64,000 nt of DNA from an uncultured delta proteobacterium (GCA_963803435.1 CAWDML010000005.1:224001-288000), one strand, 5' to 3'. Counted from the first letter of the stretch, positions 28,655 to 42,025 are shown. Numbers and translations: made by a program. The notes: generated by a model not told the origin, from the sequence alone.

Positions 28655-31600
28655 GTGACGAGCCCGCGCGCCCACCCTGTCGTTCCTCTCTTCGTGGTGT
28701 GCGTCCTTCTGTGGGCACCACTCGAAGCGAGGGCCGATCCATTCGGTCCCTCCATGGTGGTCAACACGAACGCCGGCTTCGACGTCGGGGCGGACTTCTC
28801 CCCCGAGATCGCCATCGACGGGCTCGATACGCTCGTCGCCGTCTGGACCTCCACCGACGCGCTGGGCGGTCCGCTCGGCACCGACGCCGACGTCCTCTAC
28901 GCACGCTCGCCGGACCGCGGTCTGACGTGGTCCGCACCTGCACCCTTGAGCCTGGGCGCCTTCTCGGACACCGCGGACGACCGCAACCCGACGATCGCGA
29001 CCGATGGCGCCGGCACCTACGTCGTCGTCTGGGAGTCGACGGATCCGATGGGTGGAGCGATCGGGAGCGATCGCGATCTCCTCTTCGTTCGATCCACCGA
29101 CTTTGGCGTGACCTGGAGCCCGGCGCAGCCGCTCAACACCAACGCTGCGGTGGACTCCGGCGACGATCTCGCGCCCCGGATCGCCACCGATCGGGCCGGA
29201 GGCTGGATGGTCGTCTGGGCCTCGACCGACCCGCTCGGCGGCGCCCTCGGCTCGGACTCCGACATCCTGATGTCGCTCTCCGTGGACATGGGCGCCACCT
29301 GGTCGCCTCCAGCGTCGATCGCTTCGAACGCAGCCACGGACAGCGGCGCGGACACGAAGCCGGTCGTCGCCTCGGACGAGCCCGGCGCGTGGATCGTGGC
29401 CTGGACGTCGGACGATCCGCTCGGCGGCGCTCTCGGGACCGATACCGACATCCTCTTCGCCCGCTCGACCGACCGGGGCACGACCTGGTCCGCCGTCGCG
29501 CCGCTCAACCAGAACGCCGCCACCGACACGGGCAACGACGATGCGGTCAATCTCGCCGCCAACGGCGCAGGCCGCTGGGTGGCCGTGTGGCAATCCTTCG
29601 AGCCGCTGCCTTGGGGGCCGGACGGTGACATCCTGGTCGCCCGCTCCGCGAACGATGGCGCCGCCTGGACCGCCCCGAACGCGCTCTACTCCTTCTCCCT
29701 GATCGAGCTCGGCGACGAGTTCGATCCGCGCATCGTCACCGACCGGGCTGGCACATGGATGGTCGTCTGGTGGCGCGAGGACTCGCTCCCCGGCTCGTCG
29801 AGCAGCGACGTCGACGTGCTGCTGGCGCAGTCCACCAACAACGGCTCCACCTGGATCGGACCGGAGCCGATCAACCTGGACGCGATCAGCGACAGCGGCA
29901 GCGACCACCACCCGGTGATCGGCACGAACCGGGTCGGTGACTGGGTGGCCGTCTGGTCGTCGGACGAATCGCTGGGCGGGACCGTCGGGACCGACCTCGA
30001 CATCTTCATCGCGCTCCAGATCTGCGGTGACGGCGTCCGGCGAAACACCGAGCAGTGCGACGACGGCAACACGCTCGACGGCGATTGCTGTAGCTCCACG
30101 TGTCAGCTCGTCGCGAGTGGGACGCTGTGCCGGGCCGCAGCCGGGCTCTGCGACGTTCCGGAGACCTGCGACGGGGTCTCTGGGCTTTGTCCCGCCGACG
30201 GCGTCGCGGCGGCCGCTGCGGTCTGCCGGCCGGCCGCAGGCGCCTGCGACCTGGCCGAGGTCTGTGACGGGATCACCGTCGGATGCCCGGCGGACAGCGT
30301 GCTCCCGGACGGAGTCGCCTGCCTCGACGGCGCCACCTGCAACGGCTCCGAGCGCTGCTCGAACGGCGTGTGCGTGCTCGGATCTCCGCTGTCGTGCGAC
30401 GACGGTGACGCGTGCACCGCCGACGCGTGCTTCGAGCCGGGCGGGTGCGGCGCCTCGCCGATCTCGGGCTGCTGCTCCGACGACTCCGACTGCGACGACG
30501 CGAACGCGTGCACCACGAACGTCTGCTCGGGGCCGGGCGGGACCTGCTCGCTGTCGACGATCGCTGGGTGCTGTAACAACGCTGGCGATTGTGACGACGG
30601 CGATCCATGCACCGTCGAGGTCTGCAGCGGACCCGGCGGCACCTGCAGCTCGAGCCTCATCACCGGGTGCTGTCTCGCCGACGCCGAGTGCGACGACGGC
30701 TCGGACTGCACGACCGACGCCTGCGACCCGACCCAGAACACCTGTGTGTTCCAACCGATCGCCGGTTGCTGCACCGACGACGCCGACTGTGACGACTCGA
30801 ACGGATGCACCATCGACTCGTGCGACCTCTCCACTGGAACCTGCGTGCGAGCGCCGGTCGGCGGTTGCTGTGTCTCCAACGCGGATTGCGACGACGGCGA
30901 TCCGTGCACGATGGAGCAGTGTCTCTTCAGCACCTGCACTTCCACGGTGGTGGCCGGTTGCTGCGCGGTCGACGCCGAGTGTGGGAGCGGATCGCTCTGC
31001 CGGGTCGATCAGTGCAGCCCGCTCACGAACCGCTGCCAGGAGCTCGTCGTCGCGGGGTGCTGCACGACGGACGCCGACTGCGATCCGCTCACCGGTTGCA
31101 ACGCCATGACGTGCGACGCGCCCTCCAGCACCTGCGTGCCCGCCGTCGTCGCCGGCTGCTGCACGTTCGACAGCGAGTGCGACGATCTCGATCCCTGCAC
31201 CTTCGACACCTGCGACGCGACCGCCTGCCGGCACGAGGCCATCCCGGATTGCCCGGCGCCCGCGCCCGACGGCGGGACGGACGCAGGCCTCGACGCGGGC
31301 CTCGACGCCACCGACGACGCCGGCGGCCCCGACGGCGCGGACGTTGGGACGCCCGAGGACGCCGGAGCGAGCCCCGACGCCGCCGAGGCTCCCGACGCAG
31401 GGCGTGCCGCGCCCGACGCGACGCCCGACGCCGGAGGCTTCGTCCTGGACGACGACAGCTGCGAGTGTTCCTCGACCTCGAGCCGCGCGACGTCGCCGGC
31501 GTGGTCGCTGCTGGGCTTCCTCGCGGTCGCACTGCTCGCGAGGCGGCGGAGATCGCCCCGCCGTCCCGCCCGCTGGCCGGCCGTCGGGATCGCGCTGATC

Positions 31601-32671
31601 GTGTCGTCGACCGGCAAAGAGGCGCGCGCGGACTTCCAGCCCGAAGGCGCCCTCGAGCTGAGCCTCGGCGGCGGCGCCTTCATCGCCTCCAAGCAGCACG
31701 AGCTGTACGACTCGCGGCTCGGGCCCCAGGTGCCGTTCCGTCAGCCCGGCTTCGATCTCAACCTCGGCCTGGCGCTATTTCCGATCCAGTACGTCGGCGT
31801 CGGCGTCGAGGCCGGCTTCGTCCCGCTCCGCACCGAGAACGACAAGCGCGCCTTCATGTACGCGTTCCGCGCGCACGGGATCGTTCAGTTCCCTTGGATC
31901 GTAACGCCGTACGTTCTGGTCGGCGGCGGCACGATGGGCGTCGGCTCCGGGCGGAAGACGCTGGGGACCGACTTCGATCGCGCGTTCCACTGGGGCCTCG
32001 GGATCAAGACCAGCATCCTCGAGCGGGTCGCGCTGCGCCTCGAGGGGAGGCACATCGTCTCCGCGCGCGAGGGACCCGACGCGGGCAACACCAATCACTT
32101 CGAGGTGCTCGGCGGCGTCGGCATCTCCCTGTGGCGTTCGGAGCCGCCGCCGCCCCCGGTGCTGGTCGCGGCGCCGCCCCCTCCGCCCCCGCCCCCGCCG
32201 GCGGTCGCCGTGACCCCGCCGCCGCCCCCCGCGCCGCCACCGCCGCCGCCGCCGCCGGTCGAGCCGCCCGAGGAGGAGGACTGCACGAAGGCGGCGAACA
32301 ACCCCAACTGCAAGCCAGAGCACGTCCTCCGTGCGGAGCTCCAGCGCGTCCACTTCGACTGGGGCTCGTCGAAGCTTCGACAGGATCACTATCCGGCGCT
32401 CGACAACGCAGTCGAGCTGCTCCTCGAGCATCCTCACCTCCGGATCGAGATCCAGGGGCACACCGACAGCACCGGACCGACGCCGCACAACATCCGCCTC
32501 TCCATCCGGCGCGCGCGCGCGGTGAAGCAGTACCTGGTCGCCAAGGGCATCGCGCCCGAGCGCGTCACCACCGTCGGCCTCGGTCCGAACGTCCCGATCG
32601 GATCGAACCAGACCACCAAGGGTCGCGCGATGAACCGGCGCAGTGAGATCCGCGTGATCAACGAGGAGTAG
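28655..32671 (+). CDS. Large surface protein: Asp-box propeller, disintegrin-like/Cys-rich repeats, internal MYXO-CTERM, beta-barrel, Pro-rich linker, OmpA C-terminal domain
   Basis: Signal EARA|D, six SxDxGxTW boxes, CGDG..EQCDDGN, 8 GCC repeats, CEC...[39 protein letters not shown]. Confidence 0.85.
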   Translation: MTSPRAHPVVPLFVVCVLLWAPLEARADPFGPSMVVNTNAGFDVGADFSPEIAIDGLDTLVAVWTSTDALGGPLGTDADVLYARSPDRGLTWSAPAPLSLGAFSDTADDRNPTIATDGAGTYVVVWESTDPMGGAIGSDRDLLFVRSTDFGVTWSPAQPLNTNAAVDSGDDLAPRIATDRAGGWMVVWASTDPLGGALGSDSDILMSLSVDMGATWSPPASIASNAATDSGADTKPVVASDEPGAWIVAWTSDDPLGGALGTDTDILFARSTDRGTTWSAVAPLNQNAATDTGNDDAVNLAANGAGRWVAVWQSFEPLPWGPDGDILVARSANDGAAWTAPNALYSFSLIELGDEFDPRIVTDRAGTWMVVWWREDSLPGSSSSDVDVLLAQSTNNGSTWIGPEPINLDAISDSGSDHHPVIGTNRVGDWVAVWSSDESLGGTVGTDLDIFIALQICGDGVRRNTEQCDDGNTLDGDCCSSTCQLVASGTLCRAAAGLCDVPETCDGVSGLCPADGVAAAAAVCRPAAGACDLAEVCDGITVGCPADSVLPDGVACLDGATCNGSERCSNGVCVLGSPLSCDDGDACTADACFEPGGCGASPISGCCSDDSDCDDANACTTNVCSGPGGTCSLSTIAGCCNNAGDCDDGDPCTVEVCSGPGGTCSSSLITGCCLADAECDDGSDCTTDACDPTQNTCVFQPIAGCCTDDADCDDSNGCTIDSCDLSTGTCVRAPVGGCCVSNADCDDGDPCTMEQCLFSTCTSTVVAGCCAVDAECGSGSLCRVDQCSPLTNRCQELVVAGCCTTDADCDPLTGCNAMTCDAPSSTCVPAVVAGCCTFDSECDDLDPCTFDTCDATACRHEAIPDCPAPAPDGGTDAGLDAGLDATDDAGGPDGADVGTPEDAGASPDAAEAPDAGRAAPDATPDAGGFVLDDDSCECSSTSSRATSPAWSLLGFLAVALLARRRRSPRRPARWPAVGIALIVSSTGKEARADFQPEGALELSLGGGAFIASKQHELYDSRLGPQVPFRQPGFDLNLGLALFPIQYVGVGVEAGFVPLRTENDKRAFMYAFRAHGIVQFPWIVTPYVLVGGGTMGVGSGRKTLGTDFDRAFHWGLGIKTSILERVALRLEGRHIVSAREGPDAGNTNHFEVLGGVGISLWRSEPPPPPVLVAAPPPPPPPPPAVAVTPPPPPAPPPPPPPPVEPPEEEDCTKAANNPNCKPEHVLRAELQRVHFDWGSSKLRQDHYPALDNAVELLLEHPHLRIEIQGHTDSTGPTPHNIRLSIRRARAVKQYLVAKGIAPERVTTVGLGPNVPIGSNQTTKGRAMNRRSEIRVINEE
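28740..30020 (+). repeat. About seven ~60-aa BNR/Asp-box repeats (coding)
   Basis: Recurring P.IATD..G.W.VVW.S.D.LGG..G.D.DIL..RS.D.G.TWS. Confidence 0.8.
30467..31252 (+). repeat. Eight ~33-aa Cys-rich repeats (coding)
   Basis: Consensus GCCxxDxDCDDxxxCTxDxCxxxxxxC. Confidence 0.85.
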
Positions 32672-32726
32672 CCTCCGCAAACGTCACACGAGTAGCGGCA
32701 TGCTCGTTGCTCCCTCGACGGTGGAC

Positions 32727-34841
<2,115 letters not shown>

Positions 34842-36134
34842 TCAATCGACGCATCGGCGCGTCGGGAGCGCGAACGGGGTCGCTGCCAGGTCGGTCCCGC
34901 ATTCGGTCGATTCACACCACTCGAGAAAGCGAGCGACCATCTCTTCGCCGAGGAAGACGGCGCCGGCCCGGGGGGCGATCGCGTGGACGTCCAGCCGCCG
35001 GACCATGGCGACCCACGCGCGGACGGTCGCGCGGTTGGACATCGTCCGCCGGAAGATCGCCTCCATCGCCGGGACGTGCAGGTCGAAGCGCTCGACGCAG
35101 CGATGGGCGGAGGGAGTGGAGGCGCCGACGCTGCCCGAGAAGAGCGTCTTGGAGATCGGATCGAAGATCTGGAGCCCGGTCGGGGACCCGAGAAAGTGCG
35201 CGGGCAGCACCGCGAGATCCATCATCCCCAGCGCGATCAGGCCGCCCTCGTCGGGGATCATCTTGAGCCGATCGTCGAGCAGGCTGTCGAGCGACCGACC
35301 GGGGAGCGGCTGTCCCACCAGGCTCGGCACCAGCACGTCGGCGTCGGTGTCCATCAACCAGCGCTCGAGGGGCACCAGCGCCTGCGCCTGCGAGAAGAAC
35401 AGGTACTGCGCGCGCGCACCTCCCAGCGGGGTCGGTCCGCCGATCGGATCGAGGATCAGGGCCTCGTCTCCGTCCACGATCAGAAACTGCGCTGCGGAGA
35501 GGCGATTCTGGTGGCGGCCGTCGTCGAACAGGAGGTAGCTGCTCTCGACGACGGTCGGGACCCGGTCGATCGGCGCCCGCATCACGCGCGTCCGGCTGCG
35601 GGTCGGCGCGTTCGCCAGCTCCAGATACATCTCGTAGTCTTGCGGATGGATCAGGAGCGCTTGCAGCGTGTGGAAGCGCTCCAGCAGCTCGGAGTCCATC
35701 GATCTCGACAGGACCTCCTCCGCGAGCGGGAAGAGCAGGCGCTCCTCCTGCTTCATGTGGATCTTGTAGCGGTTGGCGTACGACTCGATGGTCTTCGCCA
35801 GCGCGTCGCGGGCGAAGCTCGGGTCCGCCTCGGCCTCGAGCAGGAGCGCCTCGGCCGCCTTCAGGTAGGCGTGACCGTTCGTGTGGTGCTCCTGGAACTG
35901 CGCGAGCATGCGCTGATCGACCTCATCGGTCTCCTCGATGAGGATCGAGAACAGGACGTCCTCCTCCTTCGCGTGATGGACGCGATCCATCACATACTTG
36001 AAGAAGTGCAGCGACCGTCGCAGGTGGACCGGGTCGAACGGCTCGAGCGAGCCCTCGATCGACTCGAGGACCCGCTCCGCCGCCCGATGCTCCTCCAGAA
36101 GGTGTGCGATGGCTCTGAGCACACGCCTTGGCAT
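34842..36134 (-). CDS. Hemerythrin (HHE) domain fused to a degenerate ODP/MBL-fold domain (start may be GTG 36122)
   Basis: EEH, HHAKEE, EHH and HMKQEE ligands. C-domain QFLIVD..LILDP, LPAHFL, DPISKTLFSG, ECGTDL. Confidence 0.85.
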   Translation of the reverse strand: MPRRVLRAIAHLLEEHRAAERVLESIEGSLEPFDPVHLRRSLHFFKYVMDRVHHAKEEDVLFSILIEETDEVDQRMLAQFQEHHTNGHAYLKAAEALLLEAEADPSFARDALAKTIESYANRYKIHMKQEERLLFPLAEEVLSRSMDSELLERFHTLQALLIHPQDYEMYLELANAPTRSRTRVMRAPIDRVPTVVESSYLLFDDGRHQNRLSAAQFLIVDGDEALILDPIGGPTPLGGARAQYLFFSQAQALVPLERWLMDTDADVLVPSLVGQPLPGRSLDSLLDDRLKMIPDEGGLIALGMMDLAVLPAHFLGSPTGLQIFDPISKTLFSGSVGASTPSAHRCVERFDLHVPAMEAIFRRTMSNRATVRAWVAMVRRLDVHAIAPRAGAVFLGEEMVARFLEWCESTECGTDLAATPFALPTRRCVD

Positions 36135-36149
36135 TCAAGCGCCATGCCT
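36135..36149 (-). promoter_or_regulatory. Possible sigma54 -24/-12 promoter
   Basis: Minus strand AGGCATG-GCGC-TTGA versus consensus TGGCACG-N4-TTGC. Confidence 0.4.
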
Positions 36150-36242
36150 TTGCTGCGCAGGGTGCGTGCGGGCCCGACCGTTTCCGGACGGTAGCGGCCG
36201 GCGGCGCTTCAGTCACCGAAGCCGAGCTGCTAGGGCCAGAGG

Positions 36243-39129
36243 ATGATCGCGGAGGAGAGCTCCCGGGTCCGCGCACTCTCGGACGCTCTGCGCAAGGCCT
36301 GCCACCCCCGGGCCTGGTCGCGCGGCGTGCTGCTCGTGCGCGACGGGGCCGTCGAGGGGAAGGAGGAGAGCGACGACGAGATCGTGCTGGCGGTCCGCGC
36401 GCCGGATCGGCCGGTGCCGCTGACCGTCGTGCTCTACCCCGAGACGCTGGAGTGGGACTGCGACTGCGGCGCGCCCGCCGAGGCCTGCGCGCACGCGGCG
36501 GCGGCGGTCATCTCGTTGATGCGGGCCCGCGAGGCGGGCGCGTCGCTCCCGGTGGCGACGGTAGCGCGCCCGGTGCTCCGCTACCGCTTCGTGCGCGAGG
36601 CCGGCCGGCTGCGCCTCGAACGTCACCTGGTGCGGCCGGACGGCTCGTCCTCGATCTTCGCCGGCGAGGCGGCCCGCAGCCGCGGTGTCGCGCTCGAGGC
36701 GCTCGACCTGAGGATCGAGCCGCTGATCGCGCGCGGCTCGGTCGAGGTCGCGCGCGTCGAGCAGGCCGCGCGGCTCCTCGCTGAGCTGGAGGACACCGAG
36801 GTCACGCTGGATGGGCGGCCGGTGCGCACCTCGCGGCGGCCGCTGGTCCCGCGCGGGCGCGTGGAGCCCGACGGTGACGGGGTCCGGTTCTCGATCACCG
36901 CCGATCCCACCATCGACGAGGTGGTCGCGGACGGCGTCGCCCTTTCGCAGGATCGGCTGCATCCGCTCGGCGAGCTGGCGCTGGCGGGGGCGCGCCTGGA
37001 GAAGCTGCCGCTGGTGCGACGCTTCCCGCGGGCCGCGCTCGGTGAGCTGGTGGCGGAGATCCTCCCGCTCTACCAGGGCCGCTTCGATCTCGAGCTCGAC
37101 GCCGAGATCCCGGCGCTCGCCGATCGCGGGCGCCCGCGGATCGCGCTGTCGATCGAGCTCGGATCCGACAGCGCCTCCGCCACACCCGAGCTGGTGTACG
37201 GCGATCCGCCTCAGCTCCGGATCGAGGACAAGCGCTCGATCTACCTCCGAGGCCCGGTCCCCGTGCGCGACCTGGCGGAAGAGCGCCATTCGATCGAGGA
37301 CCTCCGGAGCGAGCTCAACCTGGCGGTGGGCCGACGCGTGGAGGTTCGCGGCGCCGAGGTGCCCGCGTTCCTCGAGAAGCTGCGCGCGTATCAGCGGCGC
37401 TCGGGCGCGCTCGACGAGACGCTGATCCCGCGCCTCCGTGTTCGCTTCGAGATCGAGGACGATCGCTTCCAGCTCGACTTCACCACCGACTCCGGCGACA
37501 CCGCCGAGGGGCTCCAGGTCCTGCGTGCGTTCGAGGCGGGCGCCGAGCTGGTGCCGCTCCTCGGCGGCGGTTGGGGCGCGATCCCGCGCGACTTCCTGGA
37601 AGCGCACGGCGATCGGATCGCGCTGTTGCTCCAGCTCCGCGGCGAAGGGGGCCGCGTCCCGACGATGGCGCTGCCGGCCCTGGCGAGCCTGGCTGAAGCG
37701 CTCGATTCGACCGGCCCCGGCGGCGATGTCGCGGCTCGCCCCGCTCTTCGAGACGTTCGAACGGCTGCCGGCGGCGGCCCTTCCGGAGGATCTCCAGGCG
37801 ACGCTGCGCCCCTACCAGCGACAGGGCGTCGACTGGCTGTCCTTCCTCTTCGACGCCGGCCTCGGCGGGGTCCTCGCGGACGACATGGGCCTCGGCAAGA
37901 CGCTCGAGGCGCTGTGCGCGGTGCGCGGCCGGACCTTGATCGTCTGCCCGACCAGCGTGCTCCCCAACTGGAGCGCCGAGATCGCGCGCTTTCGACCGGC
38001 GCTCGCGGTGGAGATCTTCCACGGCCCCGAGCGCACGCTCGGCGGCGCGAACGTCACGCTGACCACTTACGCGATCCTCCGCCTGGACGCGGAGCGCCTG
38101 GCCGCCGTCGACTGGGACACCTTGGTGCTCGACGAGGCGCACGCGATCAAGAACGCCGACAGCCAGACCGCGCGCGCCGCCTTCTCGCTCGAGGCCCGCC
38201 ACCGGGTCACGCTCACCGGCACCCCGGTCGAGAACCGGCTCGAGGAGCTTTGGAGCCAGCTCCACCTCACGAACCCCGGCCTGCTCCACGGTCGCTCCGA
38301 GTTCAACGAACGCTTCGCGAAGCCGATCGCGCAGGGCGACGGCGCAGCTGCGATCCGCCTCCGCGAGCGCATTCGACCGTTCGTGTTGCGACGCCTCAAG
38401 CGCGACGTCGCGCGCGACCTCCCGCCGCGCACCGACATGATCCTGTTCGTGGAGCTCGAGGAGGAGGAGCGCGCGATTTATCAGGCGGTCCAGCTGGCGA
38501 CGAAGCGCGAGGTGGCCGCGAAGCTCTCGAAGGGCGCGAGCGTGCTGGCGGCGCTGGAGGCGCTCCTGCGCCTGCGTCAGGCCGCCTGCCACCCGGCCCT
38601 GGTGCCCGGGCAATCGGCCGCGACGTCCTCGAAGATCGAGACGCTGCTCGAGTCCTTGCTCGAGATCATCGCCGAGGGACACAAGGCGCTCGTCTTCTCC
38701 CAGTGGACCTCGCTCCTCGATCTCCTCGAGCCGGCGCTGTCCAGAGAGGGCCTGCCGTTCCTCCGCCTCGACGGCAGCACCCGCGACCGCGCCGCCGTCG
38801 TCGACGGATTCAACCGCGACGACGGGCCGCCGCTCCTGCTCGTGTCGCTCAAAGCCGGCGGCGTCGGCCTCAACCTCACCGCGGCGGATCACGTGTATTT
38901 GCTGGACCCATGGTGGAACCCGGCCGTCGAGGATCAGGCCGCCGATCGCGCGCACCGGATCGGCCAGACCCGTCCCGTGATCGTGCATCGCCTGGTCGCA
39001 CGCGACACGATCGAAGAGCGCGTCCTCGACCTCCAGGCGAGGAAGCGCGCGGTCGCCGACGTCGCGCTCGGCGAGGCCCAGGCCGCCGCCGCGCTGACGC
39101 GGGAGGATCTGCTGGCGCTCTTGGATTGA
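36243..39129 (+). CDS. SWIM zinc finger plus SNF2-family helicase (frameshift near 37700)
   Basis: CDC...[61 protein letters not shown]. Confidence 0.93.
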
Positions 39130-39194
39130 GGCGCCCGGCTCTTACCCGGCGCGCGTAAGTGCCGCGCCGTGCCCGGCTCCGTACCTTGGATCTC

Positions 39195-40115
39195 ATGGGC
39201 ACGCTGACCCGGCTCCGCGACTCTGCTCCGATCCCGCTCATCTCCTCGGCCCTGGTGGGCCGGGCCGCGAGCGCGTGGCTGCGCCTCGACGGTCCCTTCG
39301 CGTCGAACGATCACGCGCAGCTCTGGTTTCGGGATCAGGCGTGGATGCTCAAGGACGCGGGTAGCAAGAACGGGACGTTCGTCGACGGGTGTCCGCTGCA
39401 GCCCGGCCGAGCCGTGGTCCTGGCGTGCGGTGCGCGGATCGCCTTCGGTGAGCTCGAGCCCTCGTACCAGGTCGCGGACGTGGAGCCGCCTCGCCCGATC
39501 GCCCAGGATGTGGTGACGAACGAGATCATCGTGGGTGATGCGGACGGGGTGGCGCTGCCGGAGGCGAGCCGACCCGTGGCGCTGCTCCATCGGGGCTCGG
39601 GCGGGTGGCTCTTCGAGTCGAGCTCGGGCGAGGTCGAGGAGGTCGAGGACCTCGAGACGGTCCGGGTGGCCGCGCGCCTGTTCCGGTTGTTCTTGCCGGG
39701 GGTGTCGAGCCCGACGCCCGAGCTCGACACCAGCTTCTCGCTCCGGAACGCACGGTTCCGTTTCCGATTGGGGAAGAAGGACGCGGACGTCGCGGTCGAG
39801 GTCTTGTTTCAGGGACGCGAGATCGCGCGGCTCGAGTCGTGCGAGTACGGCGCCCTCCTGTTGGCGCTGGCGCGGGCTCAGCTGGCGGATCGATCCTGTT
39901 CACCCGACCAGCGCGGATGGCGGTCGGTCGCCGAGCTCTGCGAGATCCTGGGCATGAATGCGCCTGCGCTCGACGTTGCGACCTATCGCGCACGCAAGAG
40001 CATGGCGGCCACTCGGCTGCTCGGCGCCGCGGGGCTGATCGAGGTCAAGCGAGGCTGGCGGCGGCTCGGACCCGATACCATCGAGCTGATCGGCTCCAAC
40101 GGACCGTCGCGCTGA
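39195..40115 (+). CDS. FHA-domain protein with C-terminal winged-helix-like region
   Basis: VGR...ASNDHA...DAGSKNGT FHA motifs; C-terminal LDVATYRARK. Confidence 0.8.
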   Translation: MGTLTRLRDSAPIPLISSALVGRAASAWLRLDGPFASNDHAQLWFRDQAWMLKDAGSKNGTFVDGCPLQPGRAVVLACGARIAFGELEPSYQVADVEPPRPIAQDVVTNEIIVGDADGVALPEASRPVALLHRGSGGWLFESSSGEVEEVEDLETVRVAARLFRLFLPGVSSPTPELDTSFSLRNARFRFRLGKKDADVAVEVLFQGREIARLESCEYGALLLALARAQLADRSCSPDQRGWRSVAELCEILGMNAPALDVATYRARKSMAATRLLGAAGLIEVKRGWRRLGPDTIELIGSNGPSR

Positions 40116-40122
40116 GACGGGC

Positions 40123-41685
40123 TCAGGGACAGACGTCGCGCAGACCGAGGAGCCGGTTCGCGCTCTGGTAGGCGACCATCCAGACGCTGCCGTCGGTGGT
40201 GATCGACGGCGCGAAGTCGTCGTCGGCGTCCGTCATCGCGAGGGGCGAGAGCGGACCCGCGGCGCTCCAGCTCTGCCCTCCGTCGGTGGAGAACACGCCG
40301 AGGATGTCGCCTTCGGTGCCAGTGCCGGAGACGTCGACGTAGGCGTGCCACGCGATCGCAAACGTACCTGCGCCGTCCGTCGCGACGGAGACGCGCGGAT
40401 CGGGCGTCCCGAACGACCCGATGGCGGCGGGGTCGAGCCAGGTCGCGCCGCCGTCCGAGGAGGCGACCGCGGTGACGCTCCCGTCTGCGCTCGCCCAGGC
40501 GACGACCGTGTCGCCCGCATCTCCTGAGGCGATGGCAGGCTCGAAGTCGGTGATCGCGTCGTCGGCGGCGGTCCGGCTGACCGCCTGCGCCTCGCTCCAG
40601 GTGGCGCCGCCATCGTCGGACTGGGCGAAGAGGATGTCCGGATCGGGCCCGAAGCTCGGCGTCCAGTAGGTGGAGCTCCAGACGGCCACAAAGCGATCGG
40701 GCCCCTCCGCGGTGAGGGCCACGTCGCCGTCCCAGGTATCGTCGGAGGCGGCGTGCTGATTGATGACGTCCACGCCCGACCAGGTCTCGCCGGCGTTGTC
40801 GGATCGCACGAACGCGATGTCGCCGTCCTGACCCACGGTTCCCGAGAGGAGATCGTGCGCGTGCCAGCCGATCAGCCAGCGGGCGCCGTCGGTGGCGATC
40901 GCGGGCTTCGCGTCGTCGTGCTCCATCGCGAGCAGCACCTGCGGTGCGAAGGTCCGGCCGTCCTGAGAGCGCGACATGTAGATCGCCGCGGAGCCGTCGC
41001 TGGCCAGTGACGATTGCCAGGTCACCATCCAGGTCCCGGCGGCGTAGACGATCCGTGGGCGTTGATCGACCCGCTCGCCGTCGCTGGCGGCGAGCTCGGG
41101 CAGCAGAGGCACCGCGGGCGACCAGACGACGCCTCCGTCCGTCGAGCGCGAGAAGAACAGGTCGAACTCGCCGCCGATGGTGTCCCCGAGCGTGTCGTCC
41201 GAGGAGAACACCGCGAGCCACGTCCCGGCGCCGTCGGTCGCCAGCACCGGGCTCTCCTCGTAGCTCGACGGATCCTGGGTGAGGCCGACGGTCGACGGGT
41301 TCCCGAAGTCCGGGACGCACGACGGTCGAGCCACGACCGTCCCGGCGATGGGGACCTGGAGGCGCGGGGCATCGCTCTCGACGGTGAGGTTGGCGTCGAC
41401 GGTGCGCGGCTCGGACGATTCGAAGCGGACCTGCACCTCCATGGCGCCGTTCCGCCCGAGCTCGATGCCGACGGGTGCGTCGATGCCGACGTCGGGATCG
41501 TCGCTCTGGATCGCGTCGATCCTGACCGGCGTCTCACCGGTGTTCGTGACCAGGAGCCGCAATCCTAGGCTCTCTCGCGTCATCAAGGTTCCGAGATCGA
41601 GGGACTCCGGCTGGACGGTGAGGTGCGGTTCTGCTCCGCCGGAGCAGGCGGCGACCAGCAGGAGGGCGGCGGCAGGGCGAAGCAA
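40123..41685 (-). CDS. Lipoprotein with Ig-like (ASH-type) domain and BNR/Asp-box propeller
   Basis: TTG start, lipobox VAAC, PESLDLG..VTNTG, boxes RSTDGGVVW, RSDNAGETW, SDDGGATW, STDGGQSW. Confidence 0.8.
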   Translation of the reverse strand: MLRPAAALLLVAACSGGAEPHLTVQPESLDLGTLMTRESLGLRLLVTNTGETPVRIDAIQSDDPDVGIDAPVGIELGRNGAMEVQVRFESSEPRTVDANLTVESDAPRLQVPIAGTVVARPSCVPDFGNPSTVGLTQDPSSYEESPVLATDGAGTWLAVFSSDDTLGDTIGGEFDLFFSRSTDGGVVWSPAVPLLPELAASDGERVDQRPRIVYAAGTWMVTWQSSLASDGSAAIYMSRSQDGRTFAPQVLLAMEHDDAKPAIATDGARWLIGWHAHDLLSGTVGQDGDIAFVRSDNAGETWSGVDVINQHAASDDTWDGDVALTAEGPDRFVAVWSSTYWTPSFGPDPDILFAQSDDGGATWSEAQAVSRTAADDAITDFEPAIASGDAGDTVVAWASADGSVTAVASSDGGATWLDPAAIGSFGTPDPRVSVATDGAGTFAIAWHAYVDVSGTGTEGDILGVFSTDGGQSWSAAGPLSPLAMTDADDDFAPSITTDGSVWMVAYQSANRLLGLRDVCP

Positions 41686-41815
41686 CGGAGAATGATAGGC
41701 GGCGGCACCTCGGACATTCAACCGCGCGGCGTGTAACGAGCGCGTAAGCTTCCCGCAGCCGGGTAAGTGAAGACGGTCCGCGACGGGCGCAGACTGGATC
41801 TCAGGAGGATCGAAC

Positions 41816-42025
41816 ATGTCAGGAGACGGAGGCATCATCGGGAATGCGGTCGGGAAGGCCATCGGAGCGTTCATCAAGAACCTCCCGAACGCGGACCCCA
41901 CGGACGAGCAGATCCAGATCCGCGACGCGCAGCCGCAGACCACGGCGCCCGGCGGACCCAACCAGGACAACGCAGCCGCCGGCGCGGTCGCGGAGGCCCG
42001 CGGTCGACCCAACCGCTTCGAGTGA
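41816..42025 (+). CDS. Small hypothetical protein
   Basis: AGGAGG RBS, GC3-rich codons. Confidence 0.6.
   Translation: MSGDGGIIGNAVGKAIGAFIKNLPNADPTDEQIQIRDAQPQTTAPGGPNQDNAAAGAVAEARGRPNRFE

Noticed and set aside
28740-31252. Tandem repeats as a possible CRISPR array
   Set aside because: The repeats are degenerate at codon third positions and in frame; there are no identical repeats with unique spacers and no cas genes.
28409-31699. 1748-aa minus-strand ORF (26453..31699)
   Set aside because: Only the last ~650 aa are a real histidine kinase. The rest is a stop-free antisense shadow of the GC-rich adhesin gene.
32141-32270. CCG-rich tract as a microsatellite or phase-variation site
   Set aside because: It encodes the expected poly-Pro linker between barrel and OmpA domain, with mixed codons.
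36243-39129. SNF2 helicase as part of a defence island
   Set aside because: Typical stand-alone SWIM-SNF2, with no neighbouring DNA methylase, nuclease or other defence genes.
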